DNA of 64,000 bases, taken from positions 1 to 64,000 of the forward strand of contig JBEKHC010000039.1 of assembly GCA_050012475.1 (NCBI GenBank), written 5' to 3'. Each line of letters starts with the position of its first letter. Position 1 is the stretch's first letter. The notes below the pieces were generated by a model. It saw nothing but the letters and a program-made list of their open reading frames with translations. It did no database searches and was not told where the DNA came from. This DNA is from Candidatus Velthaea sp. (GTDB lineage Bacteria > Vulcanimicrobiota > Vulcanimicrobiia > Vulcanimicrobiales > Vulcanimicrobiaceae). A program made the translations under genes and the position numbers. Positions 30,004 through 40,587 of this stretch are shown in pieces.

Positions 30004-31379
30004 ATCGTTTCATCACCAGGCTGCGCCGGCGCACGCCGACGTTGCTGGCCGTCGCGCTGCTCGCGACGACGGCGAGTTTCGCGAGCGAAGCACGCGCCGA
30101 CAACAAACAAGTGGCCGCGGCGCCCAAGTCGCAGCAACAGGAATATTTCCCCCTGCAAAGCTATCGTGTCGGCCCGTATGCCGCCGGCGGCACCGGATTC
30201 TTCGGCGGTTTTATCGATTACATGAACCTGGTCAACATTCGCGACGGCGGCGTCAACGGCGTCAAGCTCTGGTGGAACGAGTGCGAAACCGAGTACGAAG
30301 TCGAACGCGGCGTCGAATGCTACGAGCGCGAGAAAACGCAAGGCAACCCGGGGCCGGCCGCGTTCAATCCGCTCTCGGTAGGGATCGCTTACGCCCTCAT
30401 CGATCGCGCCACCGCCGACAAGTTCCCGCTCATCACGATCAATCACGGACGCACCGACACCACCGACGGCGCCGTCTTCCCCTACGTGTTTCCGCTGCTG
30501 CTCAATCCCTGGAGCGAAGCGTCCGCGATGGTGAACTACATCGGATTGCGCGACGGCGGCCTCGACAAACTCAAGGGCAAGCAGATCGTCGTGCTCTATC
30601 ATGGCTCGCCGTACGGCAAAGAGACGATCCCGGTCTTCAAACTGCTCGCGGACAAGTACGGCTTCACCGTCACCGAGATCGAAGTGCCGCATCCGGGCAA
30701 CGAACAGGAATCGCAGTGGCTGCAGATCCAACGCATCCATCCCGAGTGGGTGTTCCTGCGCGGCTGGGGCGTGATGAATCCGGTCGCGCTCAAGACGGCC
30801 CAAAAAGTCGGCTATGCGGCCGACCACATCGTCGGCAACATCTGGAGCAACTCGGAGGAAGACGTGCGGCCAGCCGGCTCCGCCGCTGTCGGCTACATCG
30901 CGCTCACCGATCATCCGTCGGGGACGGATTTCCCGGTCGTCCAAGACATCATCAAACTCGTCTATGGCGCGGGCAAAGGAAATTTACAAGACACCGGCCG
31001 CATCGGCAGCGGCTATCACACCCTGGGCATCATCAACGGGATATTGAACGTCGAAGCGTTTCGTATCGCCCAGAAGCATTTCGGCAACGGCGCGCTCAGC
31101 GGCGAACAAGTGCAGTGGGGCTTTGAGCATCTCGACCTCAACGAGAAACGAATCGCCGAGCTGGGCGCCACCGGTTTGCTGCCGCCGATCAACGTGACGT
31201 GCGCCGACCACGAAGGCGCCGGCGCCGTGAAGTTCCAGCAATGGGACGGTCAGAAGTGGGTCGTCAAGACGCCTTGGATTCAGGCGGATCGGAAACTCTT
31301 GCGCCCGCTCATCGAAGAATCGGCCAACAAGTACGCCGCCGAGCACGGCATCAAACCGCGCGACTGCTCGAAGGTCTGA
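30000..31379 (+). CDS. Liv-type ABC substrate-binding protein
   Basis: Signal peptide, YRVGPYAAGG, ECETEY...GVECYER, SPYGKE, GWGVMN. Confidence 0.85.
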   Translation: MNRFITRLRRRTPTLLAVALLATTASFASEARADNKQVAAAPKSQQQEYFPLQSYRVGPYAAGGTGFFGGFIDYMNLVNIRDGGVNGVKLWWNECETEYEVERGVECYEREKTQGNPGPAAFNPLSVGIAYALIDRATADKFPLITINHGRTDTTDGAVFPYVFPLLLNPWSEASAMVNYIGLRDGGLDKLKGKQIVVLYHGSPYGKETIPVFKLLADKYGFTVTEIEVPHPGNEQESQWLQIQRIHPEWVFLRGWGVMNPVALKTAQKVGYAADHIVGNIWSNSEEDVRPAGSAAVGYIALTDHPSGTDFPVVQDIIKLVYGAGKGNLQDTGRIGSGYHTLGIINGILNVEAFRIAQKHFGNGALSGEQVQWGFEHLDLNEKRIAELGATGLLPPINVTCADHEGAGAVKFQQWDGQKWVVKTPWIQADRKLLRPLIEESANKYAAEHGIKPRDCSKV

Positions 31380-31384
31380 TCGAC

Positions 31385-32182
31385 GTGGCTGCACCGCTCC
31401 TGGACGTTCGTGACCTCGAAATCCTGTACGACAAAGCGATCCTCGCCGTGCGTGACGTCACGCTGTCGGTTTCGGCCGGCGAGATCGTCGCGCTCTTGGG
31501 AGCGAACGGTGCGGGCAAGAGCACGACGCTCAAGGCGATCTCGGGCGTGCTCGTCGCCGAGCGCGGCGAACGTACGCACGGGACGATCGCTTTCGACGGC
31601 GTTTCGACGGCCAAAGCCGGTGCGGCCGACCTCGTCGAACGCGGTGTCGTGCACGTGCTCGAAGGACGGCATTGCTTTCCGCATCTCACGGTTGAAGAAA
31701 ACCTGGTGACCGGCGCGATCGCGCGTCGGTCGAAGCGGAGCGAGCTTCGCAACGATCTCGACCGAATCTACACGTATTTTCCCAAGCTGCGCGATAAACG
31801 CGCCCTGACAGCGGCGCTGGCATCGGGCGGCGAACAGCAGATGACGGCGATCGGGCGCGCGCTCATGGCGCGCCCGCGATTGCTGCTGCTCGACGAACCC
31901 ACGATGGGCATCGCTCCGATCGTGGCACGCGAGATCTTCGCGTTCCTCGCGCGGCTCAATGCGGAGGCTGGTCTGAGCATTCTCGTCGCCGAGCAAAGCT
32001 CTGCGCTTGCCTTGCGCTATGCGCACCGCGCGTACGTCCTGGAAACAGGCCGCGTCGTCCTCACCGGGACGGCAGCCGAACTACGCGAACGCGACGACAT
32101 CCAGCACTTCTATCTCGGATCCGGAGCCGACGACCCAGGCACCCGCCGTAAGCGTCCGTTGCCGGTCGGTAACCCGGTATAA
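31385..32182 (+). CDS. LivF-like ABC ATP-binding protein
   Basis: GANGAGKST, SGGEQQM, DEPTMG, FYLG. Confidence 0.9.
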   Translation: MAAPLLDVRDLEILYDKAILAVRDVTLSVSAGEIVALLGANGAGKSTTLKAISGVLVAERGERTHGTIAFDGVSTAKAGAADLVERGVVHVLEGRHCFPHLTVEENLVTGAIARRSKRSELRNDLDRIYTYFPKLRDKRALTAALASGGEQQMTAIGRALMARPRLLLLDEPTMGIAPIVAREIFAFLARLNAEAGLSILVAEQSSALALRYAHRAYVLETGRVVLTGTAAELRERDDIQHFYLGSGADDPGTRRKRPLPVGNPV

Positions 32183-32305
32183 ACTCCGGTTCGATAGCTC
32201 TTGCGCGGCATTCGGATCGGCGTCCGATCTTCATCCCGGCGTTGAAGATTTGTCGCCTGACATTTGCTGCTGGACAACCGTGCCGACGTCACGTATAGTA
32301 GACGG

Positions 32306-32386
32306 ATGTTACGGATTGCCGTCTCCAACCTGCAATTGAATTCGACCCAATGGTGTCGGGTCCAGGCGTGGTTCATCATGCGCTGA
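32306..32386 (+). CDS. Single-Cys attenuator leader peptide L6 (sbp-xsc-HOT)
   Basis: MLRIAVSNLQLNSTQWCRVQAWFIMR*; TGGACA 32271-32276, TATAGT 32294-32299, ATG 6 nt later. Confidence 0.6.
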   Translation: MLRIAVSNLQLNSTQWCRVQAWFIMR

Positions 32387-32440
32387 CGTGCAGTCCGCGC
32401 GGACTTTCGAGCCGCGCTGCCAACAAATCTCTCGCTGATG

Positions 32441-32471
32441 ATCCCCGCGCCAGTATGGTGCGGGGATTTTT
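32441..32471 (+). terminator. Attenuator terminator L6
   Basis: ATCCCCGCGCCA/TGGTGCGGGGAT then TTTT. Confidence 0.75.
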
Positions 32472-32533
32472 CATTTTCGGGCCCCTCCCTGATTCCGGCT
32501 TGCGTCCCTGATGTGATACGAAACACGGAGCAT

Positions 32534-33655
32534 ATGATCGTTAAAGCCAAACCCGGTAACACCTGGACAAATATTGCTGCACTGGCCCTAGTCGTCGTGG
32601 CGTGTGGTTTGTTGCTGTCCAAAAACTATCAAGGGCACACGCAGTTTGAACTGCTAAATGTCTCCTACGGCCCCACGCGTGAGGTCTACCAAGAACTCGA
32701 CCGCAACTTTATCGCCAAATTCCGGAAAGACACCGGCAAGCTGATGCGCGTCGACGAGTCGCACGGCGGCTCCTCGAGCCAGGCGCGAGCCGTAGCCGAC
32801 GGCTTGGCGGCAGATGTCGTAACCTTGGCACTTCCTTCGGATATCGACAGCCTGCGCAGGAGCGGTCTCGTCGCCGAAAATTGGGAAAGACGGTTCCCGA
32901 ATGCTTCACAGCCCTACTATTCCACAATCGTCTTTGTCGTGCGCAAGGGCAATCCGAAAAGCATCCATGATTGGTCCGACTTGACGACTCCCGGAGTCGA
33001 AGTGGTGACGCCCGATCCAAAAACTTCAGGCAACGGCAGGCTGAGCTTTCTCGCCGCGTGGGGATCGGTGATCCGGCGGGGCGGGACCACGGACCAAGCG
33101 CGCGATTTGGTAACCAGACTCTACCGGAACGTATCGGTTCCAGGAGCCGGCGCGCGCGATTCGTCCAATTCATTCGAGCCGGGAGGGGAGGGCGACGTCC
33201 AGCTAACGTGGGAGAATGAGGCGATTCGCGAAGTTGGCGAATCGCACGGCGAACTGGAAATCGTCTATCCTCCCGCAAGCATCCGTGCCGAGCCAAGTGT
33301 CGCCCTGGTGGACGCCGACACAGCCAAGCACCACTCGGAAAAACTCGCAACGGCCTACCTGACGTATCTGTTCAGCGACGAAGCTCAGGAAGTCTTCGCC
33401 AGGAATGGCTATCGGCCAAGCAATCCGGCAATTCTCAACAAGTACAAAGATCGACTACCCCAAATTGGTGACGACGGACTTCATTTCCAAGCGAAGCCAA
33501 CGGTGCAGAGGACAACGGTGCCGAGGAAGCGGGTACTCACCGCCTCGGATAGAAATCCGAACCGAACACAAATGGAGGAATGTCGATCGTGGTGCAAACG
33601 AAACCGAACGGTGCCGCGCAAGCAGAGACGGGACGCAGCGGACCCGTCCGGATGA
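32534..33655 (+). pseudogene. sbp: Sulfate/thiosulfate-binding protein, apparently 3'-truncated near 33466 with read-through tail
   Basis: LLNVSY, SHGGS, ADVVTL, STIVFVVRKGNPK, PKTSG, WENEA; similarity ends at DRLPQI and ORF runs into xsc. Confidence 0.7.
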
Positions 33656-35351
33656 CACCGAGCGAAGCCTTTGTGGAAACGCTCCGCGCCGAGGGCGTCA
33701 CGCTCGTCCCCGGGATCGTCGGCTCCGCCTACATGGACGCGCTCGACTTGTTTCCCGCGGCCGGAATCCGGTTTGTTTCGGTAGCCCACGAACAAAACGC
33801 CGTGCACATGGCCGACGGTTTAGGCCGCGTCAGCGGCAAGCCCAGTGTCGTTATCGCGCAAAACGGCCCCGGAACTACGCATTTCGTTACCGGCGTGGCC
33901 GCTGCGTACTGGGCGCACACGCCGATGGTGGTGGTCACGCCCGCGGTCGGATCGCTCGGTGTCGGTCTGGGGGGATTTCAGGAAACCGAACAGCTGCCGA
34001 TCTTCTCGAAAATCACCAAATGGCAAGTCGCGGTCAATCGCCCGGAGCGCATGGCGGAACTCCTGCGGCGTGCGTTTTACATCGCCAAAGCAGAGCTGGG
34101 ACCCGTTCAAGTTGACATTCCGCGCGACTATTTTTAGGCGACTTCTTCACCGAAATCTATCCGTCGCTGACGCTCGAACGCGGCTCCGGAAACCCCGCTC
34201 AAATCGCGGCCGCCGCCGAAGCGCTCGCCAACGCACGGTATCCGGTGATCCTTGCCGGCGGCGGCGTCGTTGCAGGCGACGCGCTCGCGGAGACGCGCGA
34301 ACTTGCCGAATTCCTCAGCGCTCCCGTCGCATCTTCGTATCTGCACAACGATGCGTTTCCGTACGACCACGAGCTCGCCGTCGGCCCGCTTGGATATCAA
34401 GGTTCGAAGGCCGCGATGGAAACGATCGCGCAAGCCGACGTGGTTCTCGCACTCGGTTCCCGGCTGGGCCCGTTCGGCACGCTTCCCCAGTACGGTCTGG
34501 AGTACTGGCCGCCGAACGCGCGTGTCATTCAAGTCGATGCCGATCACCGCGTCTTGGGCTTGACCAAACGCCTCGAGCTGGGCATCTGCGGCGATGCGAA
34601 GCAAACCGCGCGCGCCATCCTCGAGCGACTGCGCACGGTCGCTCCCGGCCGCGTGCGCAACGGCGATACCGTCCGCGGCATCACGCAACGCCGCGAGGCG
34701 TGGCGCGCCGAACTCGCCGGGCTGTCGTCCAAGACCGGCACGCCGATCAGCCCGCGGCACGCGCTCAAAACGGTCGCCGAAGCGCTGCCCGACAATGCGG
34801 TCGTCACCACCGACATCGGCAACATCTCGTCGGTCGCCAATAGCTATCTGCGCTTCAAAGATCCCCGCCGCTTTCTAGCCGCGATGAGTTTCGGCAATTG
34901 CGGCTACTCCTACCCGACGGCGCTCGGTGCGAAGCTCGGCCGGCCGGACCTCCCGGTCGTCGCCTTTATCGGGGACGGCGCGTGGGGGATGAGTCTAGCC
35001 GAAGTGATGACGGCGGTTCGCGAGAACATTCCCGTCGTGGCGATCGTTTGGAACAACAACCAGTGGGGAGCGGAAAAAAAGAACCAGATCGATTTCTACG
35101 ACAATCGCTTCCTGGGCGCAAACCTGCAAAACCCAGATTTTGCCGGGATCGCGCGCGAAATGGGCGCGAACGGCTATACGATCGAGCACGCATCCGAAAT
35201 CGCCGGAACGTTGCGCGAAGCCATTGCGTCGGGCCGCCCGTCGGTGATCAACCTGCTGGTCGACTCTGAGGAGCTGGGCGATCCGTTCCGGCGCGACGCG
35301 CTCAAGAAGCCGCAGCGGTTCCTCGAGCGTTACGCACATCTCAATGCCTGA
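33580..35351 (+). pseudogene. xsc: Sulfoacetaldehyde acetyltransferase (TPP), frameshifted at about 34136
   Basis: MTPSEAFVETL, GSAYMDALDLF, GPLGYQGSKAAM, MSFGNCGY, GDGAWGMS, WGAEKKNQIDFY, LGDPFRRDAL; one base missing at TATTTTTAGGC. Confidence 0.85.
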
Positions 35352-35357
35352 GTCGGC

Positions 35358-36668
35358 ATGAGCTGTTGTCACCATCACTACGCCGCGTCGGTCGACGGCG
35401 ACCGCGGCTTCGAGGTCGACGCGACGCGCGTGCGCTTCGGTCGTGGGCTGCTCGACGAGTGCGGCGACGCGGCGCGCGAGCTCGGCATGACGCGCGTCGC
35501 ACTCATCACCGATAAGGTCGTCGGCAAGCTGCCATTTGTGGCGACGGTCCGCGAGTCGCTACACGCGGCCGGAATCGACGTCGTGACGTACGACGAGGCG
35601 AGCGTCGAACCGACCGATGCATCATTCAAAGCCGCGGCGCGCTTCGCCGTTGAAGGAAAGTTCGACGGGTACGTTTCGGTCGGCGGCGGTTCGGCGATCG
35701 ACACGGCCAAGGCGGCGAATCTGTACGCCACCTATCCCGCCGACTTCATGACGTATGTCAACGCGCCGATCGGGGACGGACGGCCCGTGCCGGGTCCGCT
35801 CCGGCCGCACATTGCCTGCCCGACGACGAGCGGGACCGGCAGCGAGTGCACGGGGATCGCGATCTTCGACTTGATCGCCATGAGGGCCAAAGCCGGAATC
35901 GTATCGCGCCGGCTCAAACCGTCACTGGGCATCGCGGATCCGGACACGACGCGCACGCTTCCCGCGCAGGTCGTCGCATCGAGCGGGTTCGACGTGCTCA
36001 GTCACGCGCTCGAATCGTACACCGCCCTGCCCTTCACGCGCCGTAAGCGGCCAGCCAACGGAAGCGCGCGGCCGCTCTCGCAGGGCGCGAATCCATTCAG
36101 CGACATCGCTTGTCTCGAGGCGCTCAGATTGCTCGGCCGCCATATCGAGCGGGCGGTATGCGATGCGAACGATGATGAGGCGCGCGAACAAATGATGTTC
36201 GCCGCGGTGCTCGCCGGCATCGGTTTCGGCAACGCGGGCTGCCACGCGCCGCACGGCATGTCGTATGCCGTGTCGGGGCAAGTTCGAGATTTTCGACCCG
36301 CCGCCTACCCGCAGGACGAGGCCATCGTTCCGCACGGCATGTCGGTCATCGTCAGCGCGCCGGCGGTCTTTCGATTTACGGCCGAGGCCTGCCCAGGCCG
36401 GCATCGCGAAGCGGCGCGCGCGCTTGGCGCCGACGTTAGCGGCGTTGACGATCGGGACGCGGGAGTCGCGCTGGCCGAACGCATCATCGGACTGATGCGC
36501 GGGACGCAGATTCCCAACGGATTGGCCGCCCTGGGGTACACGCCCGCCGACGTCGACGCGTTGACGGCAGCCGCGTTTCCGCAACGGCGCTTATTTGAAA
36601 ACAGCCCGCGTGAAGTTTCACGCGGCGATCTTCATCATTTATTCGATACGGCGATGGCCTACTGGTAA
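35358..36668 (+). CDS. Hydroxyacid-oxoacid transhydrogenase-like iron-containing alcohol dehydrogenase
   Basis: [61 protein letters not shown]. Confidence 0.85.
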   Translation: MSCCHHHYAASVDGDRGFEVDATRVRFGRGLLDECGDAARELGMTRVALITDKVVGKLPFVATVRESLHAAGIDVVTYDEASVEPTDASFKAAARFAVEGKFDGYVSVGGGSAIDTAKAANLYATYPADFMTYVNAPIGDGRPVPGPLRPHIACPTTSGTGSECTGIAIFDLIAMRAKAGIVSRRLKPSLGIADPDTTRTLPAQVVASSGFDVLSHALESYTALPFTRRKRPANGSARPLSQGANPFSDIACLEALRLLGRHIERAVCDANDDEAREQMMFAAVLAGIGFGNAGCHAPHGMSYAVSGQVRDFRPAAYPQDEAIVPHGMSVIVSAPAVFRFTAEACPGRHREAARALGADVSGVDDRDAGVALAERIIGLMRGTQIPNGLAALGYTPADVDALTAAAFPQRRLFENSPREVSRGDLHHLFDTAMAYW

Positions 36669-36726
36669 CGCAGCCTGCCGGACGGTGACAGTTGACATCG
36701 GGGACGACGGGATGCTAACCTGGCCC

Positions 36727-36804
36727 ATGGTCTTGTGCCTCCATCTTGCCCCGTGTCGTTGTCGTGCTTGGGTGTCGGTACGGAAGAGTGTTGTGCGCGG
36801 ATAG
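36727..36804 (+). CDS. Cys-rich attenuator leader peptide L7 (tauC pair)
   Basis: MVLCLHLAPCRCRAWVSVRKSVVRG*; TTGACA 36692-36697, TAACCT 36716-36721, ATG 5 nt later. Confidence 0.75.
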   Translation: MVLCLHLAPCRCRAWVSVRKSVVRG

Positions 36805-36829
36805 TTTCTGCGTTTTCTCCCTGCTGCGT

Positions 36830-36860
36830 AACCCTCTGCCAAGTCCGGCGGGGGGTTTTT
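36830..36860 (+). terminator. Attenuator terminator L7
   Basis: AACCCTCTGCC/GGCGGGGGGTT then TTT. Confidence 0.75.
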
Positions 36861-36889
36861 CCTTTCGCAGGTCCTGAAAGGCAGTCGTA

Positions 36890-37717
36890 TTGGATATTGC
36901 GTCGACGCAAGCGTCACCGTCGACCCGGACGAAAAGGCGGTTCCGCGCACGGGATTACTCGAATCAACTCTTGAGCATCGCCTCCGTTTGCTTGGGGTTT
37001 CTTGCGTGGCAGTTGCTGCACGCATCGGCGATCATCTCGCCCGAACTGCTGCCGGGGCCGGGTGACGTTTTCAATGCGTTCCTTCAGATCGTGCATGAAG
37101 GTTACCGCGGAACGACGCTTGGGCAAAACATCTTGTCGACGCTGGGCCGTTGTGCGAGCGGGTTTCTGTTGGCCTGCATCAGCGGCATTCCGCTGGGCCT
37201 CTGGATGGGGATGAGCCGGCCGGTCGCCGCAGCGGTCGATTACATCGTGCAGTTCATGCGGCCGCTGCCGCCGCTCTCGTATCTGATCCTGCTCATTCTC
37301 TGGTTCGGAACGGGAAATACATCGAAGATCGGGCTGTTGTATTTGACCGCTTTTCCGATCGTGGTGAGCAGCGCGATGGCCGGCGTTCGCAGCGTGAAGA
37401 CGCAAAAACTTCAGGCTGCCTATTCCCTTGGTGCGTCACGTTGGCAAGTCTTTCGTTACGTCGTGTTCCCGTCGGCGTTGCCGACGATTTTCACCGGTAC
37501 GCGAATTGCTCTCGCCGCCGCCTTCTCAACCGTGGTTGCAGCGGAACTCATGGCCGCAACGGATGGGCTGGGCTGGATGATCGTCTCGGCGAGTCAGTTT
37601 TTGCGCAATGACGTCATCATTCTGGGCATCATCATCCTCGGTGTCCTCGGGTTGTCGCTGAACCGGCTCGTGCTCGCGCTCGAGCAAGCCACCGTGCACT
37701 GGCGAAGCGTCGAATGA
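36890..37717 (+). CDS. tauC: Taurine/sulfonate ABC permease 1
   Basis: RPLPPLSYLILLILWFG, VAAELMAATDGLG, HW at C-terminus. Confidence 0.8.
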   Translation: MDIASTQASPSTRTKRRFRARDYSNQLLSIASVCLGFLAWQLLHASAIISPELLPGPGDVFNAFLQIVHEGYRGTTLGQNILSTLGRCASGFLLACISGIPLGLWMGMSRPVAAAVDYIVQFMRPLPPLSYLILLILWFGTGNTSKIGLLYLTAFPIVVSSAMAGVRSVKTQKLQAAYSLGASRWQVFRYVVFPSALPTIFTGTRIALAAAFSTVVAAELMAATDGLGWMIVSASQFLRNDVIILGIIILGVLGLSLNRLVLALEQATVHWRSVE

Positions 37718-38502
37718 GTCGCGTTGCTGCTCGTATCTTCTCCGGCGGCGAATGGCGTTTCACGCTCTTGAGCGTCGCGATTTTGGCGGCGGCGTGGGTG
37801 GCCGTTACCTCCAGCGGCCTCGTGCGCGATCTGTTCCTCCCGGGGCCGGCGCTGCTGTGGTCGGGGTTGGTCGATCTGGTCGAAAACGGCTACAAGAGCC
37901 GTCCGCTCTGGATGCACTTCGCCTTCAGCATCGAGCGAGTGCTGCTGGGCTTCGGAACCGGAGCGGTCTTCGGCATCGTGCTCGGTCTCGCGATGGGATA
38001 CTATCGCAGAGTCGACGCCATCTTCAGCCCGTACGTCGAGTTCTTGCGGCCGCTGCCGCAGCTTGCGTACCTGCTGCTGCTGATCGTTTGGTTCGGCATC
38101 GGCGAAACGCCGAAAATCGTCCTGCTCTTCCTTACGGCGTTCCCCGTCGCCGCGGTCGCAGCACGTGATGGGGTGCGCAACACGTCGCAGCTCCGCATCA
38201 AAGCGGCCCGCTCACTGGGCGCGAACGAATTCCAGATCTTTCGCTATGTGATCTTTCCATCGGCGCTCAGCGACATTTTCACCGGTGCGCGGCTGGCGAT
38301 CGGCATTGTCTATGCGACTTTGATCGCGGCCGAGATCATCGCGGGGAGCACCGGGATCGGCTGGATGGTGTTCGACGCAGGCCGCTACCTGCGATCCGAC
38401 TACGTTTTTGTCGGTATCGGCCTGATCGGACTTACGGGCTTAGCTCTCGATCGCCTGATTTTGTCGATCGAGAAGCGCACCGTCCACTGGGCCGGGAAGT
38501 GA
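37714..38502 (+). CDS. tauC: Taurine/sulfonate ABC permease 2
   Basis: RPLPQLAYL, WFGIGETPK, HWAGK. Confidence 0.8.
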   Translation: MSRVAARIFSGGEWRFTLLSVAILAAAWVAVTSSGLVRDLFLPGPALLWSGLVDLVENGYKSRPLWMHFAFSIERVLLGFGTGAVFGIVLGLAMGYYRRVDAIFSPYVEFLRPLPQLAYLLLLIVWFGIGETPKIVLLFLTAFPVAAVAARDGVRNTSQLRIKAARSLGANEFQIFRYVIFPSALSDIFTGARLAIGIVYATLIAAEIIAGSTGIGWMVFDAGRYLRSDYVFVGIGLIGLTGLALDRLILSIEKRTVHWAGK

Positions 38503-38537
38503 TTGACATGGCGTCCAACCGAGTGCTAATCTGGCTC

Positions 38538-38618
38538 ATGTACTCGCGCCCATGTCTCTGCCGGTGCTGCTGTTGCCTTTCGTTTCCGCGAACCCGGGAG
38601 AGTTTTGTGCGCACGTAA
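38538..38618 (+). CDS. Poly-Cys attenuator leader peptide L8 (tauAB)
   Basis: MYSRPCLCRCCCCLSFPRTRESFVRT*; TTGACA 38503-38508, TAATCT 38527-38532, ATG 5 nt later. Confidence 0.85.
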   Translation: MYSRPCLCRCCCCLSFPRTRESFVRT

Positions 38619-38645
38619 TTTTCAACGATTCATCTTCGTTGCGTG

Positions 38646-38677
38646 AACCCTCTGCCGAGTTCGGCGGAGGGTTTTTT
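38646..38677 (+). terminator. Attenuator terminator L8
   Basis: AACCCTCTGCCG/CGGCGGAGGGTT then TTTT. Confidence 0.85.
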
Positions 38678-38729
38678 GTTTCGCCGTTTTGTGAAGTTCA
38701 CACTTGAACGTCACGCTGAAAGGAAACTC

Positions 38730-39791
38730 GTGAGCGCATCTTTGTCAGAGCCGAGTCACCCATTCGACCGCCGCACGTTTTTGCGAGCCGCCGGGCTCGG
38801 CGTCGGAGCGGCCGCACTCGGCTTTCCGCTTTCGCTGCCGGCATCGGCCGCTGTCCCCGACACGACCAACATCGCCTTCTTCACGGAAACGAAGCCGACG
38901 GAGATCGCCAAGGGTCAGGGCTGGTTTGCCGAGGGGACGAAGGGCAAGATCAACTGGAGCGAGGTCGGCAGCGGCGCCGAAATAAACACGGCAATCGCAG
39001 CCGGCTCCGTCGACATCGGTCTGGGCATCGGCTCCGCACCCACGGCAGCCGGCATCAGTCAGGGCATTCCCTACCAGCTCGTCGGGATCATCGACAACAT
39101 CGGTCCGGCCGAAGAATTAACGGTGCGCAAGACGGCGAACATCAAGACACCGGCCGATCTCAAGGGGAAGAAAATCGGCGTCCCGTTCGGGTCGACCTCG
39201 CACTTTCGTTTGTTGGGTTTTCTCAAAGAGAACGGCTTGACGGAGAGCGACGTCACCGTCCTGGATTTGCGGCCGGACGCACTGGTCGCGGCCTGGCTTC
39301 GCGGCGACATCGACGGCGGATACGTCTGGAGCCCGGCAAAATCGAAGCTGCTGGCCAACGGCGGCGTGCCCTTCCGCACCTACGACAAGCTCGACGCTGC
39401 CGGATATGTCATCGCGGACCTCATCGTCGCGCGCACCGCCTACGTGCAGCAGTATCCCGAGGCGGTCAGCGGCGTCCTGCATGCGTACGGCCGCGCGCTT
39501 GCGTTGTGGAAAACCAAACCTTCGGACGCGGCCGAGATCGTCGGCAAACAGGCCGGTGTGAGCGCCGAGGTCGCGCGTCACGATCTCGACGAATACGATT
39601 TCGTGCCGCTTCGCGAGCAGCTGACGCCGACATGGTTGGGCGACCCTGGACACCCGGGTCAGTTCGCCGCGGTGCTCAAACGCACGGCAGATTTCCTGGT
39701 CGAACTCAAGAGCATCCGCTCCGCGCCCGACCTGACGGCGTTTCAGACCGCAGTCAACACCAGCCCGTTGGCGCAGGCCGCACGTGCTTGA
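38730..39791 (+). CDS. tauA: Taurine/sulfonate ABC substrate-binding protein (Tat signal)
   Basis: DRRTFL signal, DLKGKKIGVPFGSTSHF, AAWLRGDIDGGYVW. Confidence 0.8.
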   Translation: MSASLSEPSHPFDRRTFLRAAGLGVGAAALGFPLSLPASAAVPDTTNIAFFTETKPTEIAKGQGWFAEGTKGKINWSEVGSGAEINTAIAAGSVDIGLGIGSAPTAAGISQGIPYQLVGIIDNIGPAEELTVRKTANIKTPADLKGKKIGVPFGSTSHFRLLGFLKENGLTESDVTVLDLRPDALVAAWLRGDIDGGYVWSPAKSKLLANGGVPFRTYDKLDAAGYVIADLIVARTAYVQQYPEAVSGVLHAYGRALALWKTKPSDAAEIVGKQAGVSAEVARHDLDEYDFVPLREQLTPTWLGDPGHPGQFAAVLKRTADFLVELKSIRSAPDLTAFQTAVNTSPLAQAARA

Positions 39792-39797
39792 GCGAAC

Positions 39798-40586
39798 GTG
39801 ACGAGTTCGCCCTTCGTCGAATTCGACGATCTGTCGATCGAATTCGCATCGAGTGACGGACCCGTCTTAGCGCTCGACCACGCTTCGCTGCACTTCGAGG
39901 AAGGCGCGTTCGTCTGTATCGTCGGACCCTCGGGCTGCGGCAAGACGACCTTGCTCCAAACGCTCGCGGGATTTCTCAAGCCGACAAGCGGCACCGTTCG
40001 GCTCGACGGCCGGGTCATCGACGGACCCGGCGCCGACCGCGGCGTCGTCTTCCAGCAGCCGGCGCTTTTTCCGTGGATGACCGTGGCAAAAAACGCCGGT
40101 TTCGGTCTCATGGTGCGCGGCACCGCCGACAGCGAACAACAAGCCGCAGTCGAATCATACCTGCGGTTCGTGGGTTTATGGGATTTTCGCAACCGTTATC
40201 CGTACGAGCTCTCCGGCGGGATGCAGCAACGGCTGGCGATCGTGCGCGCACTGGTCAACGATCCCAAGGTCCTGCTCATGGACGAGCCATTCGGCGCTCT
40301 CGACGCCTTGACGCGCGAGAAAATGCAGGAAGAGCTGCACACGGTCTGGCGGCGCACGAAGAAAACGATCGTGTTCATCACGCACGGTGTCGAGGAGGCG
40401 GTCTACCTCGGCACCGAGGTCGTCGTGATGTCGCCGCGACCCGGCCGAATCCTCGAACGCCTGCCCCTGCCGTTCGCTCGCAACGGTGAAGACCGTGACA
40501 TTCGCGCCGTCAAGTCGAGTCCGGAGTTCGTCGCGCTGCGCGAACACGTGTTGTCGCTGATCTGGAAAACAGCCGACGCATTCTAA
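39798..40586 (+). CDS. tauB: Taurine/sulfonate ABC ATP-binding protein
   Basis: GPSGCGKTT, GPGADRGVVFQ, LSGGMQQR, KSSPEFV. Confidence 0.85.
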   Translation: MTSSPFVEFDDLSIEFASSDGPVLALDHASLHFEEGAFVCIVGPSGCGKTTLLQTLAGFLKPTSGTVRLDGRVIDGPGADRGVVFQQPALFPWMTVAKNAGFGLMVRGTADSEQQAAVESYLRFVGLWDFRNRYPYELSGGMQQRLAIVRALVNDPKVLLMDEPFGALDALTREKMQEELHTVWRRTKKTIVFITHGVEEAVYLGTEVVVMSPRPGRILERLPLPFARNGEDRDIRAVKSSPEFVALREHVLSLIWKTADAF

Positions 40587-40587
40587 G

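Noticed and set aside
15879..34137. Pyrrolysine or amber read-through at TAGs in the small membrane ORF and xsc
   Set aside because: xsc continues in another frame; no pyl genes seen; single lesions are simpler
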